From assembly GCA_021823325.1 (NCBI GenBank), contig JAKAOG010000002.1:72651-136650 (forward strand): a stretch of DNA of 64,000 bases. Reading direction: 5' to 3'. The position numbers and the translations under genes were made by a program. The stretch is from an archaeon. Lineage in GTDB: Archaea; Thermoproteota; Nitrososphaeria; Nitrososphaerales; Gagatemarchaeaceae. A model generated the notes under the pieces. That model was not told where the DNA came from. It saw only the letters and a program-made list of their open reading frames with translations, and searched no databases. Positions 1 through 9,052 of this stretch are shown piece after piece. Each line of letters begins with the position of its first letter. Position 1 is the stretch's first letter.

Positions 1-520
1 GACGACCCCCAGGAGGGCCATGGAAAGGCAGAGGGACCTGCAGTCGAGGGAGTCTTTGCTCCTCTCCGTCTCTGCGAGGGCCTGCCTTGCGGTCACCGGT
101 TCGAGGGCGCGCACGCTTCTGATGCTCCGGTCGAAGGAGGAAGGGACCGAGCGCGCGATGCGCGCGGCCGCCAGGCTGGTCCTGCTCGGCACCAGGGTCG
201 AGGTCGCGCTTGGCGAGGCTTCGAACACCCTCGTCTCGCTTTCTGCCGCGGCTGCGTTCCGGGGCCTCGCCAGCCTGAGGCCCGAAGGGATCGAGGGAGG
301 GGACGAAGAATCGAAAGGGCTCGCCTCGGCGAGGGAGCTGAGCCGCGAGACCAAGGTCCCGATGCTCATGACGGTCTGCTTCTTCTCTCCGATCCTGATG
401 GTGCTGTACGCCGTGTTTTCGCAGTCATACAGCCTGGAAAGCGTTTCAGAGCTCGCCGCCCTCGAGCTGATAGTCGTCGACCTGGCGTACTTCCTGACCT
501 CGAGTCAGGAGGGTCGATGA
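1..520 (+). CDS. Putative TadB/T2SS-F-like pilus platform membrane protein (5'-partial)
   Basis: Frame is open to the window edge. Helical region followed by two C-terminal TM segments. Lies upstream of a TadC-like gene and a pilin. Confidence 0.45.
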   Translation, partial: TTPRRAMERQRDLQSRESLLLSVSARACLAVTGSRARTLLMLRSKEEGTERAMRAAARLVLLGTRVEVALGEASNTLVSLSAAAAFRGLASLRPEGIEGGDEESKGLASARELSRETKVPMLMTVCFFSPILMVLYAVFSQSYSLESVSELAALELIVVDLAYFLTSSQEGR

Positions 521-1155
521 TGGCGAAGGGCGTCTCCCGGATGCTGTCGCTAAGGAGGGTGCTCGAAGGCGTGGGAGAGGGCTCCGGGATCTCTCGCGCC
601 ATTGTCAGAGAGCTCGGAAAGGGAGACCGTGTCGGACAGGGGGTGGCGAGGATGCTCCTCCTTGGGAACTCGATCGAGGGCTCGCTGCGCTCGCTGTCGG
701 AGGATGGGTCGGAGGAGGAGTCGATGCTCGCGTCGTTGATAGTGGCGGCCCCTTCCAGCAGCGCCCCCATGGTGGGAAGGACGGGCGGAGCCCTCGCGAC
801 GACCCTGCAGCGGTGGGCGGAAGCGAAGGAGAGCAGGGCGCTGGAGCAGAAGGTGCTCAGGTTCAGGAGCCTGGTGACCTCAGGGATACTGGGCGCCGTC
901 ACCGCGATGGTCGCGACGCTGGGCCCGCTGGTGGGTTCGTTGAGCAGCGCCCTGGGAGCGCCCTCCGGGCCGGGAGCCCTCGTCTACGGAGCCGCGGCGA
1001 TGACGGCCATCGGGTCAGGGACGCTCGGGGCGTACACGTCTGGCAGGAAGTTCTACGCCAACGTGGCGGTCGCCCTCGCCGCCTTCGGCATCGTCTTCCT
1101 CGCGGCCTCCCCCCTGGCAGCGGTCACGGTGACGGGCCCGTGGGGCGTTAAATAG
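517..1155 (+). CDS. Putative TadC/T2SS-F-like membrane protein
   Basis: ATGA overlap with the previous gene. Cytoplasmic helical N-terminus then about 3 TM helices. Adjacent to a pilin. Confidence 0.5.
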   Translation: MMAKGVSRMLSLRRVLEGVGEGSGISRAIVRELGKGDRVGQGVARMLLLGNSIEGSLRSLSEDGSEEESMLASLIVAAPSSSAPMVGRTGGALATTLQRWAEAKESRALEQKVLRFRSLVTSGILGAVTAMVATLGPLVGSLSSALGAPSGPGALVYGAAAMTAIGSGTLGAYTSGRKFYANVAVALAAFGIVFLAASPLAAVTVTGPWGVK

Positions 1156-1175
1156 AGAAAACGGCCTCTGCGTCC

Positions 1176-1385
1176 ATGAAACTTCACCTGGGAAGGCGTT
1201 CGGAGCGGAGAGGCGCGCAGCTGATCGAGGAGGCGCTGCTGCTGTCGGTCGCCCTCGTGTCGTTGAGCCTGCTGGTGGGCGGGATAGAGTCCATCCTCAA
1301 GCAGAGCGCGTCGTACACCTCCAACGTATGGAATTCGATCACCAACTCGCTGAGCGGCGCCCTCGGGTCCATCTTCCACTGGTGA
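1176..1385 (+). CDS. Small type IV (Flp-like) pilin with class III signal peptide
   Basis: Basic leader ...RRG|AQLIE with Glu at +5, then a hydrophobic helix; 69 aa. Confidence 0.7.
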   Translation: MKLHLGRRSERRGAQLIEEALLLSVALVSLSLLVGGIESILKQSASYTSNVWNSITNSLSGALGSIFHW

Positions 1386-1390
1386 GACGG

Positions 1391-3127
1391 TTGCGCTCGA
1401 CAAAAGAGGCGATGGCGCAGGCGGCATGGCGGTTCAGGCCTCAGGCAGGGATCGGGCTGGAAGATGTGGGCATCGGAGACGGGAAGTACATGGTGGTCTC
1501 CGACGGCTCCAGGGTGAGGAGCATGGCGCTGTTCAGGGTAGGAGTCCCCGACTCGGTCGAAGACTCGAAGCTTGACTACTCCGCAGCCCTGAAGTCGACC
1601 CTGCACCAGCAGAGGATGAAAGGGCTCTTCGAAGGGCTCCGCAGGGCGGGGGTCCCGTTCGTCTACATGATGCTGATGGACCATCCGGAACAGGAGGGCG
1701 AGTCTCCTCCTGTCATGCAGTTCGACCTCGTGGTGGGGACGTGGGTCGACTCCAAGAAGAAGGAAGACAGGAGCCAGTCGCTGGAGCAGAGGGCGAGCAT
1801 ACTTTCCGCCACCATCGGGGTGGCTCTCCCGGCCGCCCGGGTCGTCCGGCTCGCCAGGGGAGAGCTCGCCGGGTTCATGAAGTCGGCTCTCCTTCCCGGA
1901 GGGAGGTCGCTGCCGCAGACCGGTACCCCGGCCGTGGCGGGCGCCTTGTGCACCTTCGACGAGATGTCTCCTCTCGCCGCCACCTTCGAGAAGTCCCCCG
2001 ACTACTACATCCCTAACGCGGAGGAGTCGGGCCAGGAAGGAATCCTACTCGGGGCGGTGAAATCCTCCGGAAGGGAGTTCCACGACTTCCGGCTCCAGCT
2101 CGACGACCTCAAGAGGCACGTCAGCATACTGGGGATGACAGGCTCGGGCAAGTCCACCACCGCGTCGCTCATCGTCAGGCAGGTCGCAGAAGCTGGGCTC
2201 CCGACCCTCGTCCTGGACTGGCACAACGAGCACGCTGCGGCGGTGATAGGCGCGGGAGGGAAGGTCGTCGCCCCGGGAAAGGACGACTTCGCGGTCAACC
2301 CCCTGGAGGTCGGCCCCGGCATCGACCCGGCCGAGCACATCGCAATGGTCTCGGACATCTTCTCCGACGTCTACCACTTCACCCATCCGCAGGCCTACAT
2401 GTTCAGAAACGCGCTGCAGAAGCGCCTGAGCGAATGCGCCCCCGACGAGGTCCCGACGATAGAGGGGCTCGTCAGCACCATAGAGTCATATCCGCTGAGG
2501 TCGGCGTACGACAACGAGACGAAGGTGGCCCTCCTCAGGAGGCTGGTGCCGCTGAAGGAGGGGCAGGCAGGGAGGGCGCTTGGCGGGTCCGGCCCCCTGA
2601 AGCTCGAAGAGATGCTGAGCACGGTGGTCTGCGTCGAGCTCGGCCACATGAGGGACATCCAGTCGAGGGCCATATTCTGCGACGTGATGCTGAAGATGAT
2701 ATACGAAGAGAAGGTGAAGCAGAAGTCCCCGATGGACCATCTCACGCTCGTGGAAGAAGCCAGGAACATCGCCCCCGCCAGGAGGCCGGAGGACCCCCCG
2801 ACTGTCGGGGAGAGGATGATCTCCGAGCTGAGGAAGTTCGGGGAGTCGATGGCGTTCGTCGCGCAGTTCCCAAGCCACGTCGCCCCCGAGGTCGTCAAGA
2901 ACTCCGGGACGAAGATCGTCCACAGGCTCGCCTGGCCGGACGACGTGTCCCTCATAGGGGACTCCGTGGGGCTGAGCCAGAAGCAGCGGGAGCACCTGAC
3001 CAAGCTCAAGGTCGGAGAGGCGGTGGTCAGCCTCGGAAGGCTCCCTAGCCCGCTCCTCGTGCAGGTGAGGGCCGACCCAGTTCAGCCTGTGGAGAGCAGG
3101 GACATGAGCTTCGCGCCCGTGCCGTAG
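1391..3127 (+). CDS. HerA/VirB4/FtsK-superfamily ATPase (DUF87)
   Basis: Walker A GMTGSGKS, LDWHNE, Walker B LVEEA, ELRKFG and AQFPS motifs. Start is TTG 1391 or ATG 1412. Confidence 0.85.
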   Translation: MRSTKEAMAQAAWRFRPQAGIGLEDVGIGDGKYMVVSDGSRVRSMALFRVGVPDSVEDSKLDYSAALKSTLHQQRMKGLFEGLRRAGVPFVYMMLMDHPEQEGESPPVMQFDLVVGTWVDSKKKEDRSQSLEQRASILSATIGVALPAARVVRLARGELAGFMKSALLPGGRSLPQTGTPAVAGALCTFDEMSPLAATFEKSPDYYIPNAEESGQEGILLGAVKSSGREFHDFRLQLDDLKRHVSILGMTGSGKSTTASLIVRQVAEAGLPTLVLDWHNEHAAAVIGAGGKVVAPGKDDFAVNPLEVGPGIDPAEHIAMVSDIFSDVYHFTHPQAYMFRNALQKRLSECAPDEVPTIEGLVSTIESYPLRSAYDNETKVALLRRLVPLKEGQAGRALGGSGPLKLEEMLSTVVCVELGHMRDIQSRAIFCDVMLKMIYEEKVKQKSPMDHLTLVEEARNIAPARRPEDPPTVGERMISELRKFGESMAFVAQFPSHVAPEVVKNSGTKIVHRLAWPDDVSLIGDSVGLSQKQREHLTKLKVGEAVVSLGRLPSPLLVQVRADPVQPVESRDMSFAPVP

Positions 3128-3639
3128 GTGGGCAACCAGTCGATGGTCGCGCCGGCGCTCCTCCTTCGCGCCACCGCGGCGATAGCCGCCGCTGCGGCCT
3201 CTGAAGGGTCGGTTTCGGTGGTGTCGACCTCGACGACCTTTGCCGGGCCGAACGCGCCGACCGCTTCCGAGTAGACGGCGCCGATCAGCTCCGCCTCGAC
3301 GTTCTCCAGGACCTTCGCCCGGGGATATCGCCTGGAGGTGAGCCTCCCCTTCAGGACGGACGGCTCGCACCGGAGGACGACGGCAATCGACAACCTCGAG
3401 CGGCCGACGGCGTACGGGAGCAGGTGGCCGTACAGCACGGCGGAACCGTCGACGCTCGCTTCGATCGCCTTCTTCAGCGTCGCCGTGTCGACCTCCCCCC
3501 CTCTCCCGAGCAGCCTCCGGTCCTCCGCGAACGCGTTCAGCCCGATGCATGGGAGCCCCAGCCCTTCTGCGACGAGCGGGGCGACCGACTTCTTACCGGT
3601 GCCGGGGGTCCCGGTTATCCCCACTATGCCTCGAGGCAT
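3082..3639 (-). CDS. Archaeal adenylate/nucleoside monophosphate kinase (AK6/Fap7-like)
   Basis: GITGTPGTGK P-loop, GHL motif and RRY..KVLENVEAE. Confidence 0.85.
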   Translation of the reverse strand: MPRGIVGITGTPGTGKKSVAPLVAEGLGLPCIGLNAFAEDRRLLGRGGEVDTATLKKAIEASVDGSAVLYGHLLPYAVGRSRLSIAVVLRCEPSVLKGRLTSRRYPRAKVLENVEAELIGAVYSEAVGAFGPAKVVEVDTTETDPSEAAAAAIAAVARRRSAGATIDWLPTYGTGAKLMSLLSTG

Positions 3640-3655
3640 CTTCCGCGGCAGGGGC

Positions 3656-4213
3656 CTAGGCCGCCTTCGCCGTGGCCGTCCCCCTCAGCTTCGTCTTCCA
3701 GTGCTCCCTGAACTTCGCGAGCTTGGGAGCGATCACGGCCTGGCAGTAGGGCTTCGACGCGTTCCGCCTGAAGTATTCTCTGTGGTAGTCCTCTGCAGGA
3801 TAGAACGCCTCCAGCGGGACGACCTCGGTCACGATGGGGTTGCGGAACACCCTCTCTGCAGACAGTTCCCGGATGATGTCGAGGGACTGCGTCCTCTGGG
3901 CGTCGTTCGCGTAGAAGACTACAGACCGGTACTGGCTTCCGACGTCAGCCCCCTGCCTGTTCAGGGTGGTCGGGTCGTGGGTGGAGAAGAAGACCTCGAG
4001 GAGCTCCCTGAAGCTTATCGCGGCTGGATCGAACGTGACCTGTGCCACTTCGGCGTGCCCGGTCGTGTCGGTGCAGACCTGCTCGTAGGTGGGGTCCTTG
4101 ACGCTCCCCCCCGAGTACCCGGGCTCGACCCTCACCACCCCCTCGAGCTCAGAGAAGACCGCCTCTGAGCACCAGAAGCACCCGCTACCGAAGGTCGCGA
4201 CCTCGATTTTCAA
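3656..4213 (-). CDS. msrA: Peptide methionine sulfoxide reductase A
   Basis: GCFWC, GYSGG, GHAEV, QYRS and AEDYH motifs. Confidence 0.97.
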   Translation of the reverse strand: MKIEVATFGSGCFWCSEAVFSELEGVVRVEPGYSGGSVKDPTYEQVCTDTTGHAEVAQVTFDPAAISFRELLEVFFSTHDPTTLNRQGADVGSQYRSVVFYANDAQRTQSLDIIRELSAERVFRNPIVTEVVPLEAFYPAEDYHREYFRRNASKPYCQAVIAPKLAKFREHWKTKLRGTATAKAA

Positions 4214-4241
4214 CTGAACCCGGTTGAAGCGCTCCCTTTGT

Positions 4242-5201
4242 TTAAAGCTTCAGGGAGAATCCGCCTGCTATGCGCAGCGGCCCGCCGTTGAGATCCACGA
4301 CCGCTCCCCTCCCTCCGTCCCAGACGGGGACCTGCCACGGGAGCTTCGCGGACATCTTCCCCTCGGACTTCGTTATCTTGGCCGGGACCATTTCGCCGGG
4401 GAGCTGGACGTGGAGCTCCCTTGAGGCGACCTCCTGTCTGTAGAACTGCGACAGTTGGAAGTCGAACGAGATTGTGTCCGAGACCTGGAGGGAACCGTCG
4501 TCGAGCCAGTGCGAGCGCTCCAGGTCCTTCGGCTCGACCCCCCTCAGCGAAAGCCCCACCCTGACCCCCCGGCCCGCCGAGTCGAAGTCCACGTCGTTCA
4601 CCTGGATGCCTTTGACGTCGGCACGGACCCCTTCCGCTCCCGGGATCGCACGGAGCTGCGAATGGACAGAGACCGTGCCTGAAAGGACGAAGCCGAGGGC
4701 CACCGTCCCCACCCCCTTCACGCTGAACGCCCTGTCGATGTAGATGAGCGTCTTCCCCTGGGGGAAGTCCTCCCTCGGCTTCGCCCCGGAGAGGTCGATG
4801 GCCGACGAGGAGGTCTGGCGCTCCTCCACCGGGTACTGGGCAGGGGCCGTCCCCCTGAGCGCAGCGGATGCGGCCTGGGGGATAGCCGTTCCGTCCAGGA
4901 CTTCGATCGTTCCGCGGAGGCCGAACGCGCCTAGGAGGACGGCGAGCTCGCCGTCAGGGGGGGCGAGCTTTCCCGACTTTGGATAGAAATAGAGCGCGTG
5001 GTCCACGAGCGAAGCGATCCGGGCGTACCCCTGGACCCTGTCCGGGAAGTCTGCGGTGTCGAGCAGGGAGTACCTGCGCCCCGCCTCGGTCCTGGAGTAG
5101 ACCGCTATCCCCTCGGCTTCGCTCTTCTTGGCGACGGAAGCTTCGAAGGCGGCCTTCGCGGGCTGGTCGGTCCCGAACACGCCGATGCAGATGCCGTCCA
5201 T
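4242..5201 (-). CDS. SelB/EF-Tu domain II-like protein with degenerate G domain
   Basis: IDRAFSVKGVGTVALG and VKGIQ...GVRVGLSLRG match EF-Tu domain II. No P-loop. Start taken as ATG 5201. Confidence 0.75.
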   Translation of the reverse strand: MDGICIGVFGTDQPAKAAFEASVAKKSEAEGIAVYSRTEAGRRYSLLDTADFPDRVQGYARIASLVDHALYFYPKSGKLAPPDGELAVLLGAFGLRGTIEVLDGTAIPQAASAALRGTAPAQYPVEERQTSSSAIDLSGAKPREDFPQGKTLIYIDRAFSVKGVGTVALGFVLSGTVSVHSQLRAIPGAEGVRADVKGIQVNDVDFDSAGRGVRVGLSLRGVEPKDLERSHWLDDGSLQVSDTISFDFQLSQFYRQEVASRELHVQLPGEMVPAKITKSEGKMSAKLPWQVPVWDGGRGAVVDLNGGPLRIAGGFSLKL

Positions 5202-5202
5202 G

Positions 5203-5868
5203 TCAGACGCCCGCCGCTCCCGGGATGGGCCTGTTTGCGAACCTGAAGACCGCGTAAGCGAACGCGGCGAAGAGCGGGACCAGAAGGACGTCGTTGAGCT
5301 GCACAAGCGTCTCTCCGAACCAGAACGCCGAGAACGTGAGCAGAAGGCCGGACACCACGACCTTCATGTTGGCCTGCTTCACCTTCCTCACCTGGGACCT
5401 GAGCGCGAACGCCGCGGCGACGACGACGACCACTCCGGCGGCGAACCCCAGGGTCGCGGAGTCGAAGCTCTCAGGAATCAGCCCCACCAGGACGATAGAC
5501 GCCTCGAACGCCTCCACCGCCCCTACCGAGAAGCCCGTGTACATCAACCCCCTTTCGAACTTCTCGGCCGTGAACCCCGTCGTCTTGCTCTTGACGACCG
5601 ACCGCCTCGCGCTTTTCGCGAGCCTGAGGCCGAAGTAGAGGAGGAGGACCCCTCCGATGAGCCGGACGAGCACCAGCGGGAGGAGCGCGACCAGCCCCCC
5701 CACCAGGAAGGTGGGGACGAAGACCACCGCGGTCCCTGCGGCGATGAAAAGGAACGCCGCGTAGCTCCTGGATTCAGCGAAGAGCGCGAGCCCGACCGCC
5801 GCCGCTTCGGCGAGCTCCAGCACCGTTATGCCGAGCGCGGCCAGCATTATCCCTGGATCGAGGTTCAA
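5203..5868 (-). CDS. Uncharacterised membrane protein (COG4280/FTR1-like with repeated ExxEA motifs)
   Basis: About 7 TM helices with two internal motifs (LELAEA, VEAFEA). Start taken as TTG 5868. Confidence 0.65.
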   Translation of the reverse strand: MNLDPGIMLAALGITVLELAEAAAVGLALFAESRSYAAFLFIAAGTAVVFVPTFLVGGLVALLPLVLVRLIGGVLLLYFGLRLAKSARRSVVKSKTTGFTAEKFERGLMYTGFSVGAVEAFEASIVLVGLIPESFDSATLGFAAGVVVVVAAAFALRSQVRKVKQANMKVVVSGLLLTFSAFWFGETLVQLNDVLLVPLFAAFAYAVFRFANRPIPGAAGV

Positions 5869-5899
5869 CGTAGGAGGACCCCGGCTCGCTCCTAGGGCT

Positions 5900-7180
5900 T
5901 TAATCGCTTCGCGTCGGAGATTTGCCGGCGAGGCCAGGGGACTCCAGGCCTGCCATGAAGTCCCTGAAGGCAAGCTTCTGTCTTCTGATCCGCCAGATGG
6001 CGCCGGCAGAGGTCACGATGTTCGTGAGTATGATGACGTAGGTCACGATGTTGAGGAAAGCGGAAGCGTGCGGAAGCCCGTCGTCGACCGCGATTATGGC
6101 GAGGGTCGCGGGGACCAGCCCCTGGGCGCACATCAGGACTATCGAGCCCATGTCCTTGCCGAGGTCGGACCCTCTTGTCGACACGGTGGCCGCTATTATC
6201 CTGAAGAGGAGGAGGATGAACAGGACCAGGACGCCGATGTTCAGGTTCGCGTAGATGCTCCCGGTGGATATCTCGAACGTGAGCCCCAGGAAGACGAAGA
6301 AGAGCGTCTCCATCAGGAACGAGAGCTCCTCCTGGAAGACCCCGAGCTTCTGCAGGAGGGGCTCCATGCTCAGGTGGAGGTCGGTCGCCCTACTCAGGAG
6401 CAGGTAGTTGCCGAGGACGACCCCGAATATCAGCACCGAAAGCTCTCCGTTCCCTCCGAGCCGCGAGCTGATCACGTAGGTAGCGAAGACCAGGCCCAGC
6501 GTCAGCACGTAGGTGTACTTGCCGTTCTGCAGCCTGTTCAACAGAATGATCCACACCACGGACAGGAGGGCCCCGAGGACGATGCCGACAGAGAAGTTCG
6601 ACGCCACGGTCTGGAAGGTGGTGAGCCAGTTCGCCCCTCCGGTCTGGTACACCCCCACGAAGGTGAAGAAGAGGATAATCGAGAGGATGGAGTTCATCGC
6701 AGACTCTATCGTGAGGAAGGTCGCCGTCGCCTCGGGGAGCTTGAGAGACCTGGACAGCGGGATGACGACCGCGGCGGTGGTCTCTCCACCCACCATGGAG
6801 GCGAAGATGAAAGAGGAGACCAGGTCCCACCGCTCTAGCAGGTGGACGGCGAAAGCTATCGCGATGGTGCTCAGGACGACGTACATGAAGACCTGGACCG
6901 AAGCGCGGCCTCCTCCCTTCACCAGGGAGCTGAACTTGATGTCCATGCCGCCGTAGAAAAGCACCATGACGAGGGTCAGTTCGGCGAACAGCCCCAGGTA
7001 GGGGAGGAGCTGGACCCTCGAGAGGAGGCCGAAGACCGGCCCGATCAGTATCCCCATCAGGATGAGGAAGAGGAAAGCCGGGACCCCCGTCTTCCTGAAG
7101 AAGAGCTCCCCGGCGAACCCGACCACTATGATCGCGGCGGCGATCGAGAAGACATAGACCACGTCTGGCGGCGGAGCCAT
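5900..7180 (-). CDS. Cation:proton antiporter (CPA1/NhaP family)
   Basis: About 12 TM helices; IESAMNS, FFVFLG and QGLVPA motifs. Confidence 0.9.
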   Translation of the reverse strand: MAPPPDVVYVFSIAAAIIVVGFAGELFFRKTGVPAFLFLILMGILIGPVFGLLSRVQLLPYLGLFAELTLVMVLFYGGMDIKFSSLVKGGGRASVQVFMYVVLSTIAIAFAVHLLERWDLVSSFIFASMVGGETTAAVVIPLSRSLKLPEATATFLTIESAMNSILSIILFFTFVGVYQTGGANWLTTFQTVASNFSVGIVLGALLSVVWIILLNRLQNGKYTYVLTLGLVFATYVISSRLGGNGELSVLIFGVVLGNYLLLSRATDLHLSMEPLLQKLGVFQEELSFLMETLFFVFLGLTFEISTGSIYANLNIGVLVLFILLLFRIIAATVSTRGSDLGKDMGSIVLMCAQGLVPATLAIIAVDDGLPHASAFLNIVTYVIILTNIVTSAGAIWRIRRQKLAFRDFMAGLESPGLAGKSPTRSD

Positions 7181-7335
7181 GTTGTACCCCGAAGCGGGTG
7201 CATATTTTATGCGTGACTGCGCCTAGAAAGGGGGGAATGGGTGTTCTGCTGCCCCAGAGGGCCGAACCTTCCACGCCAGGAGGGGCCCGCGGCGCAGGAG
7301 CGGAGTTTAAGAATGGGAGTCGGGCACCTTTTCAT

Positions 7336-7387
7336 GGCGGTGAAGCTCGCCGTAACCGCTCGTGGACAACGGGCCAATAGCTTCTAC
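7336..7387 (+). ncRNA. Fluoride (crcB) riboswitch
   Basis: GGCGGTGAAGCTCGCCGTAACCGCTCGTGGACAACGGGCCAATAGCTTCTAC: P1 GGCGG/TCGCC, pseudoknot GAAGC/GCTTC, P2 GCTCGT/ACGGGC and terminal CTAC. Lies directly upstream of crcB, about 25 nt after TATA-like TTTAAG (7306-7311). Confidence 0.9.
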
Positions 7388-7407
7388 AACATAGAACAAG
7401 CGAGCGG

Positions 7408-7794
7408 TTGAAAGTGAGATACGACCTGTTGTACGTCGCAGCCGGAGCCGTGATAGGGGCTACGATGCGCTATGCCATCACGAGCAGGAACATCTACTGG
7501 GGGAGCCTCCCCCTTTCCGTGCTTACCGTGAATGTCGTCGGGAGCCTGATTCTAGGGGTTACCATGGCCGCTGTCCAGAGGCTGGGCGTTGGGAGCGGAT
7601 TCGTGCTCTTCATGGGCATCGGATTTTGCGGGTCTTTCACCACCATGTCTTCGTTGGCCTTCGAGACTGCCAACCTTATGGACGCAGGAATGTTCATCAC
7701 GACGATGGCCGACGTAGGGCTCAACATGGGAGTCTCCGTTCTGGTGATCTTCCTTGGAAGGGCGGTCGTCAACATGCTCATAGGGGGCGCGTAG
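7408..7794 (+). CDS. crcB: Fluoride channel Fluc/CrcB
   Basis: GAVIGATMRY, VNVVGS and GFCGSFTTMSS motifs; 4 TM. Confidence 0.95.
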   Translation: MKVRYDLLYVAAGAVIGATMRYAITSRNIYWGSLPLSVLTVNVVGSLILGVTMAAVQRLGVGSGFVLFMGIGFCGSFTTMSSLAFETANLMDAGMFITTMADVGLNMGVSVLVIFLGRAVVNMLIGGA

Positions 7795-7797
7795 GTC

Positions 7798-8127
7798 GTG
7801 ACAGAGGCGAGGCCCCCGATGAAGCGCATGCTGAAGCTCACCGTCAGGGCGCGCACCGGCGATCAGTTCGAAGGCAGGAACCTCGCCGACTCGCTCTTGG
7901 ACCTCTACAAGAAGCAAGGAATCGGCGGAGCCACCGTATCGCAAGGGATCAAGGGCTACGGACTGCGCGGCGCGGCCAAGATCGACGTCCTGGGGCTGTC
8001 GGTGAGCCTCCCGGTGATAATAGAGACAGTGGGAGACTACGAAAAGGTCGAGCGCGTCCTGGGAGCTGTGAAGAAGATAGTGGGGACCAACGGCATGATT
8101 ACCCTAGAGGAGGTCAACGCGTTCTGA
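7798..8127 (+). CDS. DUF190 PII-like protein
   Basis: GIGGATVSQGIKGYG and LSVSLPVIIE motifs; typical position after crcB. Confidence 0.9.
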   Translation: MTEARPPMKRMLKLTVRARTGDQFEGRNLADSLLDLYKKQGIGGATVSQGIKGYGLRGAAKIDVLGLSVSLPVIIETVGDYEKVERVLGAVKKIVGTNGMITLEEVNAF

Positions 8128-8789
8128 GCGACGTCGAAGCGGTCTTCGGAGAAGTGCGCAAGATGTCAACCGGAGTGGCGGGTCTGAGCTTGAAGGCGTT
8201 GAAGCTCGTCCGCGACCTCCCGCATGCCTCAGACGTCGAGGTTCGTCTTGGCCTCGAGGAGATCAGGAAGGCCGAGGAAACGATCGACGCAGACTTCGAC
8301 AAGGCCGCGACTCGGATCATGGATCTGGAGGTGTTCCCTGTCAACCCTGACTACCTGCTGGAGGTGGCGAGAGAGCTCGACAGGATGTCCGACCTCATCG
8401 AGCGCACCGCTATACTCCTGGAATGGAGACGGAAGCTGAGCGGCGAGGAATCAGAGCTGCTCGAAAACGCGGCGACGCAGGTCGCGTTGATTGCCGAGGG
8501 CGTCTCCTCCGTTCTGGAGGTTTTGGGGAAGGAGGACGGTGAAGCCGAGCGCCATTGCGAGTCCATTGTTCAGCGCGAAAAGACCGTCGACCAGATTAGG
8601 GACCGATACTACATGATCGCCTCCAAAAAGGGGTATGATATTGAGAAGCGGCTCTGGCTTACTGACGTCCTGGGGAACCTCGACGTCGTTGCGGACGCCG
8701 CCCGTGACTTGACGATCACTTTCCTCGTCATTTCCAAGAAGTTAGAAACGCAGCGACGACTCGACATCAAGAAGGGCGCAATGTGGTAG
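8124..8789 (+). CDS. DUF47/PhoU-like helical-bundle protein
   Basis: Two repeated E..D/D..D helical repeats (EETIDAD, LDRMSD, EKTVD, LDVVAD). Start is CTG 8124 (overlapping the upstream TGA) or ATG 8163. Confidence 0.7.
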   Translation: MSDVEAVFGEVRKMSTGVAGLSLKALKLVRDLPHASDVEVRLGLEEIRKAEETIDADFDKAATRIMDLEVFPVNPDYLLEVARELDRMSDLIERTAILLEWRRKLSGEESELLENAATQVALIAEGVSSVLEVLGKEDGEAERHCESIVQREKTVDQIRDRYYMIASKKGYDIEKRLWLTDVLGNLDVVADAARDLTITFLVISKKLETQRRLDIKKGAMW

Positions 8790-9052
8790 AGAGTCTTCCA
8801 GCGCGCTTCTCTCGCGGGGGTGGTTCTCCGGAAGGCAGACCTGTCTCGGCTCAGCGCCTTTGGCTGTATGTCCCATCCCAACCCTGACTCGACTTCCAAA
8901 GAATCGTCCCGCCGAGAGCGCCGCCCGCGCGTGGTCAGTTTGTGGGGCAAATCGTGGTTCGGGGTCGTCGGCGTTTGCCCCTTCCGCTGTCCTCGCGGCT
9001 CGCTCTGCCCATAGGAGCATCGTTAAAGCCTGGGCCCGCATGAAGAGCCGAG

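Noticed and set aside
4242..5201. Selenocysteine recoding system implied by the SelB-like gene
   Set aside because: It has no GTPase motifs, and no tRNA-Sec, SelD or in-frame TGA selenoprotein candidate was seen in the window.
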